Assembly (NCBI GenBank): GCA_950097015.1
Contig: CATNEN010000007.1
Location: 3,906,001 to 3,970,000 of the forward strand
From: Macrostomum hystrix
Lineage: Eukaryota; Animalia; Platyhelminthes
DNA: 64,000 nucleotides
Reading direction: 5' to 3'
The notes beneath the pieces are model-generated. The model was not told the origin of the DNA and made no database searches. It saw only the letters and a list, made by a program, of their open reading frames with translations. A program made the translations under genes and the position numbers. Positions within the stretch are counted from its first letter, which is position 1; each line of letters begins with the position of its first letter. Shown here piece by piece: positions 12,901 to 25,270 of this stretch.

Positions 12901-15107
12901 TGCTGCGATCGGCGGGATTGACTGCCTGCCATTGTGCATTCTGCGCAGTCCGTTCAAACAATTCGAAACAGTTTCTATTCGTAAAATGATTGTCACAAAT
13001 AAGGGCGACAGCAGTTCCACCACACTCGTGAATGATGGTGATGAACCGGCTTACTTGGTTATGTAAGAACCGGGGTGCCAGGCTGTAAATAGGAATTAGT
13101 CTGGCAACAAAAGATTCGCCTCCCATTAAAGGCTTAACCATGATGGCCAGAACGGTTCGTGCCAACATATCTCGGGCATCCTCTGCAAATCCGATAATAT
13201 GACCACCACTGAATCGAAGTGAATGCTGAACATAGACCTCGTCGAAAATTACGGCACAGCAGCGTTGCAAAGGGGTGCTTTTTACATACAAGAGGCAACA
13301 AGCTGTCGACAGTCGTTGTCCGTTCCAACTGGGCCAAGCCCATCTAAATGCCGTTTGATGGTGGCAGGATACGGCATACATGCGACATCTCGGAGAGAAT
13401 TGTAACCGTTGCGGCTAGAAAAGTACAGTTTTGCAGCTGTCAAAATGTCCCGTGCACTGTACCGGACTCCTTGCGATTGATTAGCACTGAGCTCTAGTTG
13501 TCGAAAAAAAAGACTGGCGGGAGTCTCCAGAACATAGTTCCTTCATGGTGTCCACATGCACAGCAAGCTCTTTACTTGTGGTCTTTTCAGATTGAAGAGC
13601 AAGATTAGCCACAGCTTCTAATTGGCTGAAGCGCTCGAGTCGATGTTGAAATCCCAATAACTGTGAGACTGCCACAGCAGTGTTGCAATGATGGGCACTG
13701 ACAGAAAAGTCCTGGTTGACCACTACAGATACTTCGACAGTTCTGCCATTAACTATTAAAAACTGCACAGCAGACTCACTTCGCTGCACAAGCCATCCTC
13801 CATTCGTAAAGAAGCTGCTATTGCCAGCTTGTGCAATGAAGCTGGACTATGACTTGATCTTGTCAGTGGAATTAAATGCCTCTATCTCATCTTTCAACTG
13901 ACCACGGTGACTGAGTAGAACCCCACGTCTGTTGACATCCCTGTACTTTTCTGAAAGAAAATTACGATACTATTGTCCTATTTACCCAAATTCATGTTTC
14001 AGTAGCTAATTAAGTAAATGTCATCAATATTTTTGTACTTGGCTCAGTCAGGCGCAATGAAGAAGTTGGCACAATAGAGAAGATGCTTGGAGGATGAATT
14101 GGCCTCCAATAACGACAGACTTTAATCATGGGAGTGTTAGCTGGCCAATGTTTTATACAAACTCCCATATACTTAGAGACCATCTACAAAAAAACAAATT
14201 AATTATTAATTTACACCAATTGGAACATACTTAGGCAAACATACCTTAGCAATAAAAGTAATATAGAATTAACAAAGTAATAGTCAACATACCTTTAAAC
14301 TTACTGGCAGACTTTTAAGCCATAGGTTTGCAGCATCTTGGTCTTTTGGGAATGAGTAGACTTTTGCTTTTTCACTAGTTGCATAGTTAGTCTTACAATC
14401 TGGGATACAACATTTCATTGGCATGACCCAAGCTGAAAAAAGAAAATTGTTTTAAACAAATTTAAAACTGATTGTTACACGACTAGGCAATTAGGCATGC
14501 TATGTAGACTTGGATGCATTGATAAAACTTTTTTGTTCAATTTAATACAAAAGCAAAAAAACCATGTGATTCACCTTGTGATTTTCCCAGTTTATTTACT
14601 TTTGACTAAAAAACAAACAACTGCCCCGCAGCTCTGGTCTGCGTCACTGTCTGCGGCTTGGCTTACTGGGCGGCACAGCTCATGCGCGACCTGCAGACTG
14701 TCACTCGGCTGCGCCCGGACGCCAGCGTCTCCGTGGCCTTCTGCTCCGGTTTCTACTGCTCAGCCGCTGCCGGCCTCGTCTCGGTGTGCGGCGCCGCTTT
14801 CATCTGTCTGCGCTCTCCGCGGCATCTAGCGGAATCCGCCGGCGCTACTGGCGACGTCGACTCCGTCGAGCGGTTGCGCCGACGTAGGTCGCTACGCAGC
14901 CGCCGCAGCCGTCACCGGCTGTTAATTGACGGCATCAACAGCGGCGACCTGGTGCTGATTGGCGGTCAGCCGCCCAGCTACCAGGAGGCCGGCTACGCTT
15001 ATCGAGAGCCGCCGCCAGCCTATTGGGACAATGCTTATGAGGGCGCTGTGCCGACTCATCAGTCTGAAGCCTCCGCGGCTGACTATGAGGCTCTGTTGCT
15101 GCCGTAG
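6969..15107 (+). CDS. TMEM127: TMEM127 homolog (endo-lysosomal membrane protein / Nedd4-family adaptor). Coding exons ~6969-7257, 7596-7766, 14632-15107; start codon unresolved.
   Basis: TM1 followed by WFQLRGGGC (cf. WLHIHGGTC in TMEM127); IRTMLILLVLGALFTIMQLLLDLCAP; AYWAAQLM...VAFCSGFY; C-terminal PPSY and PPAY PY motifs. Exons 2 and 3 join in phase 1 (T|CT). Confidence 0.85.
8770..9934 (-). pseudogene. Decayed spliced coding relic of unknown family inside TMEM127 intron 2
   Basis: Three coding-like segments (9710-9930, ~9056-9436, 8772-8970) separated by AT-rich gaps; good acceptor ttttgctcttttag near 9437 and donor gtaaat near 9055; stops and frameshifts; no recognised family. Confidence 0.25.
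10035..10460 (+). mobile_element. Tc1/mariner element retaining only its 5' part (left TIR plus N-terminal HTH of transposase)
   Basis: TA-TACTCAGCAACAG terminus shared with the other Tc1 ends; ORF 10225 MVRQMTNAERWHAVGMLEVGVSISEVARRYGRSRAAIRKLVTK is a paired-like HTH. Confidence 0.8.
10993..11470. repeat. Alternating 20/21-bp minisatellite (41-bp dimer aataactgcaaagactgaca-aataactgctaaagactgacg) abutting the 3' end of the P-like transposase
   Basis: Direct reading; probably a subterminal repeat of the element. Confidence 0.93.
11509..14424 (-). mobile_element. P-element/THAP9-like transposase gene with introns, disrupted, antisense in TMEM127 intron 2
   Basis: THAP C2CH finger (MPMKCCIPDC...LWLKSLP|...GVCIKHWP...P.IF); catalytic motifs IFDEVYV, ALICDNH, YDTVHILKNIRNNWL, GEFQSDRLEGEFSIYRQGHGG. 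GT-AG introns near 14207-14293, 13953-14039, 12214-12305. In-frame TAG at 13847-13849 and frameshifts near 13500 and 13290. TIRs not identified. Confidence 0.9.
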
Positions 15108-16497
15108 TCTGCGGCACCCTTCTAATTCTCCGTCTCTCCCTTTCTTCAGTGTCTTCTCCTCTTAAAATTCCTTTTTCGACTCGTACCTATGCTTCTTTCT
15201 TCCTTTTTAAATCTCTCTTCCTGTTTCTCGTCATTCGGTTCGCCCAGCTGTGTCCGAATTATTTTCATTAGTCGGTTTTGTATGCCTAGCAATATTCGTG
15301 TACATTTTCTGCCTATTTTTTAGCGTACACGAGAAATTTCAGTAGTAGCAATAAGAAATTTTATGATTTGTTTTACTTTAGGGCTGTTTCTGTGTTTGCT
15401 AGCATGGGCGCTATTAGTAACATGTATGCGTATTGCTTTTTTATTAGTTGCCTGCTGAGGCAGGAGGTTGGAGTGAATGAATTTCAGAAACAAACAATAA
15501 TGTTTCACGACTATTCAAGAATTGCGCCCAGTTTACATTATACTCGTGTATTTCGCGTCAATTCCATGTTCTTAACTTAGTCATGGATCAATAGCTGGTA
15601 GTAGTAGATATAGACTATTTCATGCCACTGAGTTTCGCTCTACTCTAGAATGTCAATAAGCGCGTATATTCAGAAATAGGATCCTCTGCACATTTTTGTG
15701 TGTTGAACTGTGAACAGCCTGCACTGCAATAGCAATTATCTATATTTTACATTTTTTATTCGAATTAAAAAGCAAATGCAGCTCTCATTATAGTTGCTTG
15801 TTTATTCCTGATTAGAAATACTTTTTTGCGAGATTTATTTTGTGAACTTTGTCGTGCAGTTTCTTTTTCATTGAATAGGGAAATATTTTGTTCTTATCAA
15901 GCTTGGAAGAGCTTCTAAACCGAACGGCATCGTGTCAAATAGTTAATGTCTACTCGCATGTCTACACAAAAGTAGCGGTTAGCAGGTGACCTCACCGGTA
16001 GGTCGGTACTAGGATTCCGATGATTTCACCGGAAATCGGATGCTATCTAAGGCAGGCAGATGGTGTGGCTATCAAATATGTTATCAGCTGTGCTGGTGGC
16101 CGTTGTTTCCGAGAATAACACAGCGCAACAATTTCTATGACTATTTAGTTTTGGCGACGCCCCTGATTGCAATTCGGGAACTTTTCAGATAACTCGAAAA
16201 ATAACAACTATTTGCTGCTGCTTCAGCATGAGTCATGCTGGAGGAGCCGATCCAGCTCACGTGTTGCAGCTCAATGAGACGGTTTTCAATGTCAGCCAAT
16301 TGTAAAGCCGCTAGTAGAGTTTATTTTCAACTTGTTCTCGCTTTCTTTACCTGTTGCTTGCCGCTATCTATTGACCCTATCTAAATCAGACTCTTAACTA
16401 GACTATAAATATTTGAAAGGTCCATAGCATTGCGGGTGGCTTCTTATAGGCTTATAATCATTTTTACTAGCTACTCCTCACTAGAACTCCTGTCGCC

Positions 16498-19400
16498 ATG
16501 ATTCTCGCCTGGCTTCGTAATCACCTGCGCAGCATAGTGCTGATTGTGACACCGCTTGCGCTGCTGCCGCTGCTGCTGGTCATTGGCACTCAGGTCAGGC
16601 TGACATTCTGGTTGTTCATGCCGTTGCTCACTGCCCCATTTTCTACTTATTCCTTTCTATTGTTAGTCTCGTAGTAAGGATCGTTTCTTGGTGCTTGGCG
16701 AGAAACGGAGGTCTATAGAGGCTCCTAAAACAGATTTCTGCTCAATAATCTAGATCTGGTTTAAGGACACGGCGGTGAGAATAGGAGACACTACGAGAGT
16801 ATCTGCGTTAACTTTGCACTGCATTTTGCTCCGATTAGTCCACAAGCTTCAAACTGTCCGCCTTGGGTCACAACGGTCTCCATGCAGTTGCTAATTGATA
16901 AGATACAAAACTGCGTGTGTTCAAAAATTTTCAATGATATTTTTTATTCACTCTCACTTGGCTGGCCGGAGACCAAGGTGATTCAGTTCACTTTTGTACA
17001 AAGTTCGAAATTTCATGACCACTGTTTAGTAGTTTTACGTTTCTTGCACTTTTTTAGGAAGGGACTTTGTCTGCATTCCCACCTTCATTTAGCACGCACT
17101 GATACGCTCGCTTGAGTATGCTCACCTGAGCACAGGCTCGCTTGTTAGCCTGTCAGCTGACTCATCGTCAGACACTGAATCTGTTAGAGTAGGTTGGTCC
17201 CCTTGCAGCTAGAACTCTTGATTATACGGTACGTACTCCAAAGCGAGTAGAGTTTTAGATATTCGAAATCAGAATTTCACTTTTTAATAATTTTGTAGGT
17301 ATGCATGTGATATTAACAATTCCAGTGATATGCTCTAACGAGGTTTTGTGCTCTGTGCTGTCCTGTTATTGTCAACAGCGTCCAGAACCAAAATTATCTA
17401 CTTTTAAAAAACTAAGCGACTTAGCTCGTAGTTTAAAAGCAACTGCTTATGGCCTTATCATTAGGTATATTCAAGGTCAATGTCAATGAAAAGTTTGTTA
17501 GTTTCACAAGCCCTGCGGCTGCAGCAGTTTCTATTGTACAAATAAATTTCAAATTGGCGCAAAAATGTTTTACAACAGGAGGCCAAAGCCGCATACATCC
17601 TGCTGCTGATGTCCACTTACTGGATTTTCGAAGTGATCCCACTTGGCATCACTGCCCTGTTCCCTGTGGTCCTGGTGCCCATGTTCGGCATCCTGCCCAG
17701 CAGAGTGATCTGTCCCGCTTATTTTAAGGTGAGTTTTGCGAAATTCCTAAATACAGTTATTTGAAACTGCTGTGATTCAGCGTCATGATCAGAACTGTCT
17801 GTTCGCTATCTACGGGTCGACTTTCGTCGGGCACATCGTCGGTGTGTCTGGTGGCAAAAGCACCTATGAAATTCATCATGTAACCATTTCGGCTTTTGCT
17901 TTTTACTATATTGTATTGGTTGTATTAAAAATGTTTAATTTTTTAGCTGATATGAGTTCGCCATATCTCAATGAGGCTGACTCGGCCGGCTTTGAAAGTT
18001 AAAAGTTCATCGCAAAGGGCGGAAAATTTTGATCCACACGGTGGACTTTCACGAAAATCGGTCATTCGGTTTGGGAGCTGTCGTGAAGTATAGGCAGTGG
18101 GTACTTGAAATACCCCTGTGGACTTTCCCCAGGTGGAAAAATAGCATGGTCTTGCTACTGTTGAGTGTTTTCCTGTAAGTATTGTATTGACGCATGTTTT
18201 GTTCCGAAAAACGTATACCTCAGGACTCGAACATGCTGTTCCTTGGCGGCCTGATCATGGCTGTGTCAATCGAAGTGTGGGATCTGCACAAGCGCATCGC
18301 GCTTCGGGTTCTGCTTCTGTTCGGAGTGCAGCCTAGATGGTAAGATGGTGGAGTGATACATGAGTATATATATGATCTGTCAGTGCATTTATTCAGTAGA
18401 TGTGACCTGCCACACCCGCCATCATGAACTGAGCCAGGCTCCTATTCGGTTTCCTTGTGCCCACCTGGCTGCTGTCGATGTTCATCTCAAATACAGCCAC
18501 TACGGCCATGATGATACCCATCGCTGAGGCGGTGCTGGAAGAGCTGAAGAAGCACTTCGAGCCGGACACTCTGTTAGCAGAGGGTGCTGACACAGAGGGA
18601 CTTAATGGCGTGCCATCATCCGCGAATCTGATGAGTGCTGCCACCGAGACCGCGGTACAAACTGTTGACGCCACTGCAGCAATTGTGTGTTCGCGATTCT
18701 CAATTCTTACCATTGCTTAAATTGAATGTCGGGAGCCAGTGTGTTCAAATATATCACTTCACTATCTCCACCCCACTATACAAAACTATCCACTATCCAC
18801 CCCACTTCTTCAGGTTGAGTTAACGACCGACTCAGCAATGGGATCGGCGTCAGGGTCGATCTCTGAGGAGGCTGACTCGGCTGAGAAAGACGGCCCCGCC
18901 GCTGCCGCGGTGTCTCACAAGGCGGAGGTGAGCATGCGAGATTTTGTTGCCGATCCCAGGAACAAAGAGTTTCGTGGCATCTGCAAGATGATGATGATCT
19001 CCCTGGCTTATGGAGCGGTGTTTGGCGGCGTTGCCACGGTCACGGGCACATCGCCCAACGTCATCTTTAACGGCATCGTGCAGGAGTACTTTGGCTCTGA
19101 AACCAGCTTTAACTATAGCAGCTGGCTGTTCTACGCGCTGCCATTCTCCATTGTCTGCCTGCTGCTGAGCTGGCTGTGGCTGCAGGTCAGCTTCCTTGGC
19201 CTGCGCAGTCTGGTCCGATCACGAAAGCTCAAGCCTCGGGACGAGGAGAGAATCACGGCCGCTCTGCGGCGGGAGTACGAGAAACTCGGACCAGTGTCGT
19301 GAGTTGACCTGAAATCCAACGCTATTGAGTAATTGGCGTGATTCAAATCGATTGAAAAGAGCAATTATCTTTGACAGTTCCGTTTGTCTAAACATTTCAT

Positions 19401-22400
19401 GAGCTTAGCAAGGTTTTTTAGTTTAGGATACTGTCGGCGATACTGTCGACAAAACTAGTCATGGCGTTTTGTCTTTAACGAACTATTTCGACGATGCTGA
19501 AGTCAACGGCTTTGAAAGTTATTTCATTGTCAAGGGCGGAAAATCTTGATCCTGAGGTGGACTTTCACGAAAATCGATCTTTCGGTAGTGGGTATTTGAA
19601 ATACTTCCGCGACCTTTCCCAGGGGTAAAATTAGCATGATCTTTCTACTGTTAATGCACAAGCATGAGCTCAGGGTAGCAGGAAGGTTATGTCATATCAA
19701 GCGTCCTATTCCGCATTGATGCCACAGGAGCTTATTAAGCAATCTGCATGTCTGTATGCCTGTGCTTCGCATCTGAGCTCATAATCGACTGTGCTCAGTT
19801 TCAGTGAAATGAACATAATAGAAAAAACTCAGACAGAACTTCCTGAAATTGCCCAGTAAATCACAGCATTTTAATCCGATCCGTACGCACCGACAATAAT
19901 AGTTTCGCCGAGGTGCAGTGCATCCTCGTCTTCCTGTGCACCATCGCCCTGTGGATCTCGCGCGAGCCCGGCATACCCGGCTGGATTTCGCTCTTTAAGG
20001 AAATCGACCCGAAAACCGGTGAATCCGTCACCTACATGAGCGACGCCCAACCCGCCATCATCGCCTCGATTCTGCTATTTGCCCTGCCCTCCAGCAATCC
20101 GTTTGCCGGCTGCTTCGGCCGGAAATCCGGCGCTGCGACGGCGTCAACGGGAGTAGGCCCCAGCAGTTCAGGAGGCGGCGTGGAATTCAACCAGGCCCAG
20201 GCTGAGCGGCCGCTGCGCCTACTGACCTGGCGTGTGGTGCAGCAGAAAGTGTCCTGGCAGATTGTGCTCCTACTGGGCGGTGGTTTAGCCCTGGCTGAGA
20301 CTTCGCGGGTGAGTTGTTTGCTCATTCTCGAAGCAGAGATGTTGCTTACGCAACAAATTAAACTGTTTAAAGAGAGGCGTCCTCTATAGTAATTGTGGCG
20401 CACACGGAACGAGGAACGCTTCAAGAATACTTAAAGTAGAGTCACGCCACTCTCAAATTGGTTGTTTGTGGTTCTTCATTGTTTCTTCCAGTTAAAAAAA
20501 TAGAAAGTTCGCTGTTAGATGACATTCGCGTTTATGAGAAATGCATTAGCCCATCTGTCAGAATCTTTGAATATCTCGACGTTCTGGGGAGGTTGCCGAC
20601 TTGGTTCTCGCTTTAGAACAGGGGTCGGCAAACTCCGGCCCGCGGGCCAGATGCGGCCCTCGAAGCTCCCAAATCCGGCCCGTTGCCCCTTCCGACACCT
20701 ACAGTATCCTGTTTAATCTTCCCCTGTTTCATCTTTCCCCTGTCTAGTCTCTTCCGTGTCTCATCTCTCCGCTGTCTCATCTCTCCCATGTCTCGTCTCT
20801 TCCGTGTCTCATCTCTCCGCTGTCTCATCTCTCCTCAGTCTCATCTCTCCCGTGTCTCATCTCTCCCGTGTCTCATCTCTCCTCAGTCTCGTCTCTCCCG
20901 TGTCTCATCTCTCCCATGCCTCATCTCTCCTCAGTCTCGTCTCTCCCGTGTCTCATCTCTCCCATGCCTCATCTCTCCTCAGTCTCGTCTCTCCCGTGTC
21001 TCATCTCTCCCATGCCTCATCTCTCCTCAGTCTCGTCTCTCCCGTGTCTCATCTCTCCTCAGTCTCGTCTCTCCCGTGTCTCATCTCTCCCATGCCTCAT
21101 CTCTCCTCAGTCTCGTCTCTCCCGTGTCTCATCTCTCCTCAGTCTCGTCTCTCCCGTGTCTCATCTCTCCTCAGTCTCGTCTCTCCCGTGTCTCATCTCT
21201 CCCATGCCTCATCTCTCCTCAGTCTCGTCTCTCCCGTGTCTCATCTCTCCCATGCCTCGTCTCTCCCGTGTCTCATCTCTCCGCTGTCTCATCTCTCCTC
21301 AGTCTCGTCTCTCCCGTGTCTCATCTCTCCTCAGTCTCGTCTCTCCCTGTCTCATCTCTCCTCAGTCTCGTCTCTCCCGTATCTCGTCTCTCCTCAGTCT
21401 CGTCTCTTCCATGTCTCATCTCTCCTCAGTCTCGTCTCTTCCATGTCTCATCTCTCCTCAGTCTCGTCTCTCCTCAGTCTCGTCTCTCCCGTGTCTCCTC
21501 TCTCCCATGCCTCGTCTCTCCCGTGTCTCATCTCTCCGCTGTCTCATCTCTCCTCAGTCTCGTCTCTCCCGTGTCTCATCTCTCCTCAGTCTCGTATCTC
21601 CCTGTCTCATCTCTCCTCAGTCTCGTCTCTCCCGTATCTCGTCTCTCCTCAGTCTCGTCTCTTCCATGTCTCATCTCTCCTCAGTCTCGTCTCTCCTCAG
21701 TCTCGTCTCTCCCGTGTCTCCTCTCTCCCATGCCTCGTCTCTCCCGTGTCTCATCTCTCCGCTGTCTCGTCTCTCCTCAGTCTCGTATCTCCTTGTCTCA
21801 TCTCTCCTCAGTCTCGTCTCTCCCGTATCTCATCTCTCCTCAGTCTCGTCTCTTCCATGTCTCATCTCTCCTCAGTCTCGTCTCTTCCATGTCTCATCTC
21901 TCCTCAGTCTCGTCTCTCCTCAGTCTCGTCTCTCCGCTGTCTCATCTCTCATCAGTCTCGTCTCTCCTCAGTCTCGTCTCTCCCGTGCCTCATCTCTCCC
22001 CTATCTCATCTTTCTACAGTCAATGCGGCCCGCTGCCGTCTTTTAGGTTCTCTTTTTGGCCCACTAGCTAATAAGTTTGCCGACTCCCGCTTTAGAAGGT
22101 CCGCAGCAGAAAGTTAGCGCGTGTTCAACAATTTCATTTGCCTGCTTGGTTCAGCTTGTAAAATCTCCCTTGGCACTTTCTACTCATATTATGATTTTCA
22201 GTGCCAGAAAAAATTCGCTAGCAGAAGGCCTCAATGCTCTGTCCACTGACACACCCGCAGGAGTCCGGCCTATCGGAGTGGATCAGTTTACAACTGAATG
22301 TGCTGCAGGCGGTCCCACTACAGGCGCTAGTCTTTATCATCTGCATCTTCTCGGCCATCACAACTGAGCTGACTTCCAATAGCACAACTGCCACCATCTT

Positions 22401-22911
22401 TCTGCCCATTCTGGCCAGCTTTGTAAGTGTAGTCTTGTGGCAAAGAAAAAATACCTGTCGTTTCGACTGAAAAATCGATTTTTGCTTACTTAAAGTAGCA
22501 AGTGAAAAATGTTCAACTTCACTCCTATTGAATCCTCAGTCGGAGCGAATGCATCTGCATCCGTTCTTCCTCATGCTGCCCAGCGCGGCCTCCTGCTCGT
22601 TCGCCTTCAACCTGCCAATCTCGACGCCGTCCAACATCATGGTGTACTCGCGCGGCTTCCTCACTGTACCAGATATGGTGAGTCTGGACTCAGCACTGGC
22701 CTGAATGTTCGTTAGTTCAATTATATTTTCCGAATGAAATGCCAGTTCCCTCACCCGCACCCCGATTCAGGTGAGAACCGGTTTCGTTATGACCCTGGTG
22801 TCCAACATTATCGTTGGCGTAGCGACGCTGAGCTACGCCCCCGCAATATTCAACCTGTACGAGTACCCCAGCTGGGCTAGGAACACAAGTGCGCCTAGTA
22901 GGTTGCTATGA
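16498..22911 (+). CDS. SLC13: SLC13/DASS Na+-dicarboxylate (NaDC/NaCT/Indy-like) cotransporter, 9 exons: 16498-16593, 17579-17728, 18224-18339, 18438-~18654/18684, 18814-19298, 19903-20308, 22261-22422, 22540-22677, 22771-22911
   Basis: Exons join in frame at GT-AG sites (exon 4 donor ambiguous). Motifs [106 protein letters not shown]. Paralog not resolvable. Confidence 0.95.
17960..18175 (+). repeat. ~200-bp dispersed repeat in SLC13 intron 2; second copy at ~19480-19655 in intron 5
   Basis: Shared blocks cggctttgaaagtta, aagggcggaaaat.ttgatcc, ggtggactttcacgaaaatcg, tagcatg.tctt.ctactgtt. Confidence 0.8.
20619..22089 (+). mobile_element. Non-autonomous hAT element in SLC13 intron 6, filled with a ~16-bp minisatellite (20735-22015)
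   Basis: TIRs CAGGGGTCGGCAAACT / AGTTTGCCGACTCCCG (14/16); hAT-type subterminal CCGGCCCGCGGGCC; perfect 8-bp TSD CTTTAGAA at 20611-20618 and 22090-22097. Confidence 0.92.
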
Positions 22912-23202
22912 GTGAAGCTAAATATTGTTACAACTATTTAGCGAGTCAATTATACTCTAAATTTTGCATCCGTGCACGTTTATTTACAAGTTCTATTCGC
23001 GTTCCTGTTCATATCTAAAGCTAATAAATAAAATTTGTCACTGGAAAACATTTGTTATATGGCTATGTTTAACAGATATAAAATGCAATGAGCTGTGATT
23101 TTCTGTATGTTTTTGTATTATGCTACTGTGCCCCGCATGCCAGGACAGGAATTCAACATTTGCTGTCGGATTTTCAACTGCGCTTTGATGCAACTTTTCA
23201 AG

Positions 23203-23995
23203 CAGAGCTCGGCCAAGTTATGCCTCGCCGGAATAAGAGAGCATCTAAGAGAGCCGGATGGCCGGATTGACAGGGAGCACTGAGACACTGGGGGGAGGAG
23301 ATATGAGACAGGGGGAGAAAATACCATAGGAGAGATGAGACAGGGGAGAGATGAGACAAATGAGAGATGAGACAGGGTAGAGATGAGACAGAGGAGAAAT
23401 GAGAGAGTGGAGAGATGAGACAGGGGAGAGATGAGACAGGGGATAGATGAGACAGAGGAGAGATGAGAGAGGGGAGAGACGAGACAGGGGGAGAAAATAC
23501 CCTAGGAGAGATGAGACAGAGGAGAGATGAGACAGGGTAGAGATGAGACAGGGGGAGATGATACAGAGGGGAGATGAGACAGGGTAGAGATTAGACAGGG
23601 AGAGATGAGACAGGGTAGAGATGAGCAGAGGAGAGATGAGACAGGGGGAGATGAGACAGGGGAGAGATGAGACAGAGTAGAGATGAGACAGGGTAGAGAT
23701 GAGACAGGGGAGAGTTGAGACAGGGGAGAGATGAGACAGGGGAGAGATGAGACAGAGGAGAGATAAGACAGGGGAGAGATGAGACAGGGGAAGATGAGAT
23801 AGGGGATAGATGAGACAGAGGAGAGATGAGACAGGGTAGAGATGAGACAGGGTAGAGATGAGACAGAGGAGAGATGAGACAGGGGAGAGATGAGATAGGG
23901 GAGAGATTAGATAGAGGAGAGATCAGACAAAGGAGAATATAAGCTAGGGAGAAAATGAGATAGGGGAGAGTTGAAATGGGGAAGAGTTGATGTTA
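23203..23995 (-). mobile_element. Diverged relative of the 20619 hAT element in opposite orientation, with the same 16-bp minisatellite (23290-23995)
   Basis: Terminus CAGAGCTCGGCCAAGTTAT at 23203; ~70 bp flank aligns with 22018-22089; array ggagagatgagacagg is the reverse complement of the first array unit; other end not found. Confidence 0.7.
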
Positions 23996-24299
23996 GGGAT
24001 AAATAAAGACAACTCAGCTGTTAAGGAACCCGAAGCCCGTAGTAACTTGATCTAAATAAAACAACCTGTCTCAACTCAACCTCCCGCAATGTTGTCCTCA
24101 TTGCTGCTAAAGTCGCTGGTAAACTTAATAAATCATTCCAGCTCTTTATCCTCGCTGTGGTCTTCCTGGCTCAACCCGCTTATCAGCGTCATTTTGCTTG
24201 CGGTTACACCATCGAGAGAATCAACAAGCCAAATTTCCAGATTTACCAAATAATCTTAGTCTGGGTAATCTTAGTCTTACAGTGGGTAGTAATGCATAG

Positions 24300-25270
24300 T
24301 AACACAGTAGAGGAAGTGACCAATCGGGGTATTGACGTCGTCACAGAAACTCTTGGAGATGAGACTCGAACAGGTCATCAGAGGTCCCAAACATGGCTCG
24401 TAGTTTAGCCTTTGCATCGGCCCATGTACCTTCCATTAGGTTGGTATGCACAGTAGGGTTCGGATTGACGAAATTCTGCCTCTGGTTGACAACTGTGTTG
24501 TACCTGGAGTGTGACAGCAACTCCATTATACTCAGCAACAGCTAAACCCACCCCAACTCACGCTGTCACACGGGCACAAAGGTTAAGCAATGTCTTTAAT
24601 TCTAGTCTCAGTATCGTGTGTAAGAACCACGAGCATGCAAAAGTGCCGTGACTCGTCGTGGCATCCTGATCACCAGCCGGTTGATGAAGCGAAGGCATTC
24701 AGCACCGCCAGTCGCAACTGTTCAGCATTCTGTGGGGCATCCTGCTGAACTCTTCGCTTTACAAAGTCCCAGACATGCTCGATGGGGTTCATGTCTGGAG
24801 ACTTTGACGGCCAGTTCAATGTGCGAATGCCGAGCTGCTCCTTCAGACATTTGTCTCACCATGGCTTTGATGGTCTGCATGCGCTGCAGGTTTTCACTGT
24901 GGTGTGTGCTGTTGTGCCAAATTCAAGTAATATTGATTTGGACCCTCCTCTTTAACTACTGATGGTTTACCATTGCGCAATGGAGCCACCAGTGGGTTGA
25001 GTTGCGCCACCCCCTCCCCAAATCCCCCATGCCGCACTTTGCGCTCGCGTCTGGCGGCGGCAGCCTTCACACATTTCTGAGTCACCGATGGCATACAAAA
25101 CTTTTGGGCCGTGTGACAGCGTGAGTTGGGGGGGGGGTTTAGCTGTTGCTGAGTATATATGCCTGCCATCCATCACTAATAACATGCATAGCATGCAGCA
25201 TGTGTTTTCATAACGCGCAGCAGTGTCTCAGCTCGACGATCCGGAACGTTTATTACGACAATCATTTGAC
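24300..25270 (-). mobile_element. Merlin (ISXO2/IS1595-type DDE) transposase relic interrupted by a Tc1 element
   Basis: VPDRRAETLLRVMKTH...VISDGWQAY on the right side and TVVNQRQNFVNPNPTVHTNLMEGTWADAKAKLRAMFGTSDDLFESHLQEFL* on the left side match ISXO2 motifs. Confidence 0.8.
24529..25155 (-). mobile_element. Internally deleted Tc1/mariner element
   Basis: ~45-bp TIRs (TACTCAGCAACAGCTAAACCC...CAACTCACGCTGTCACACGG) flanked by TA; start MVRQMSEG fused to C-terminal LNWPSKSPDMNPIEHVWDFVKRRV...RMPRRVTALLHARGSYTRY. Confidence 0.92.

Noticed and set aside
20683-22117. 390-460-aa Ser/Leu-rich ORFs in three frames
   Set aside because: They lie in an intron inside a hAT shell; the stop-free repeat unit opens all frames
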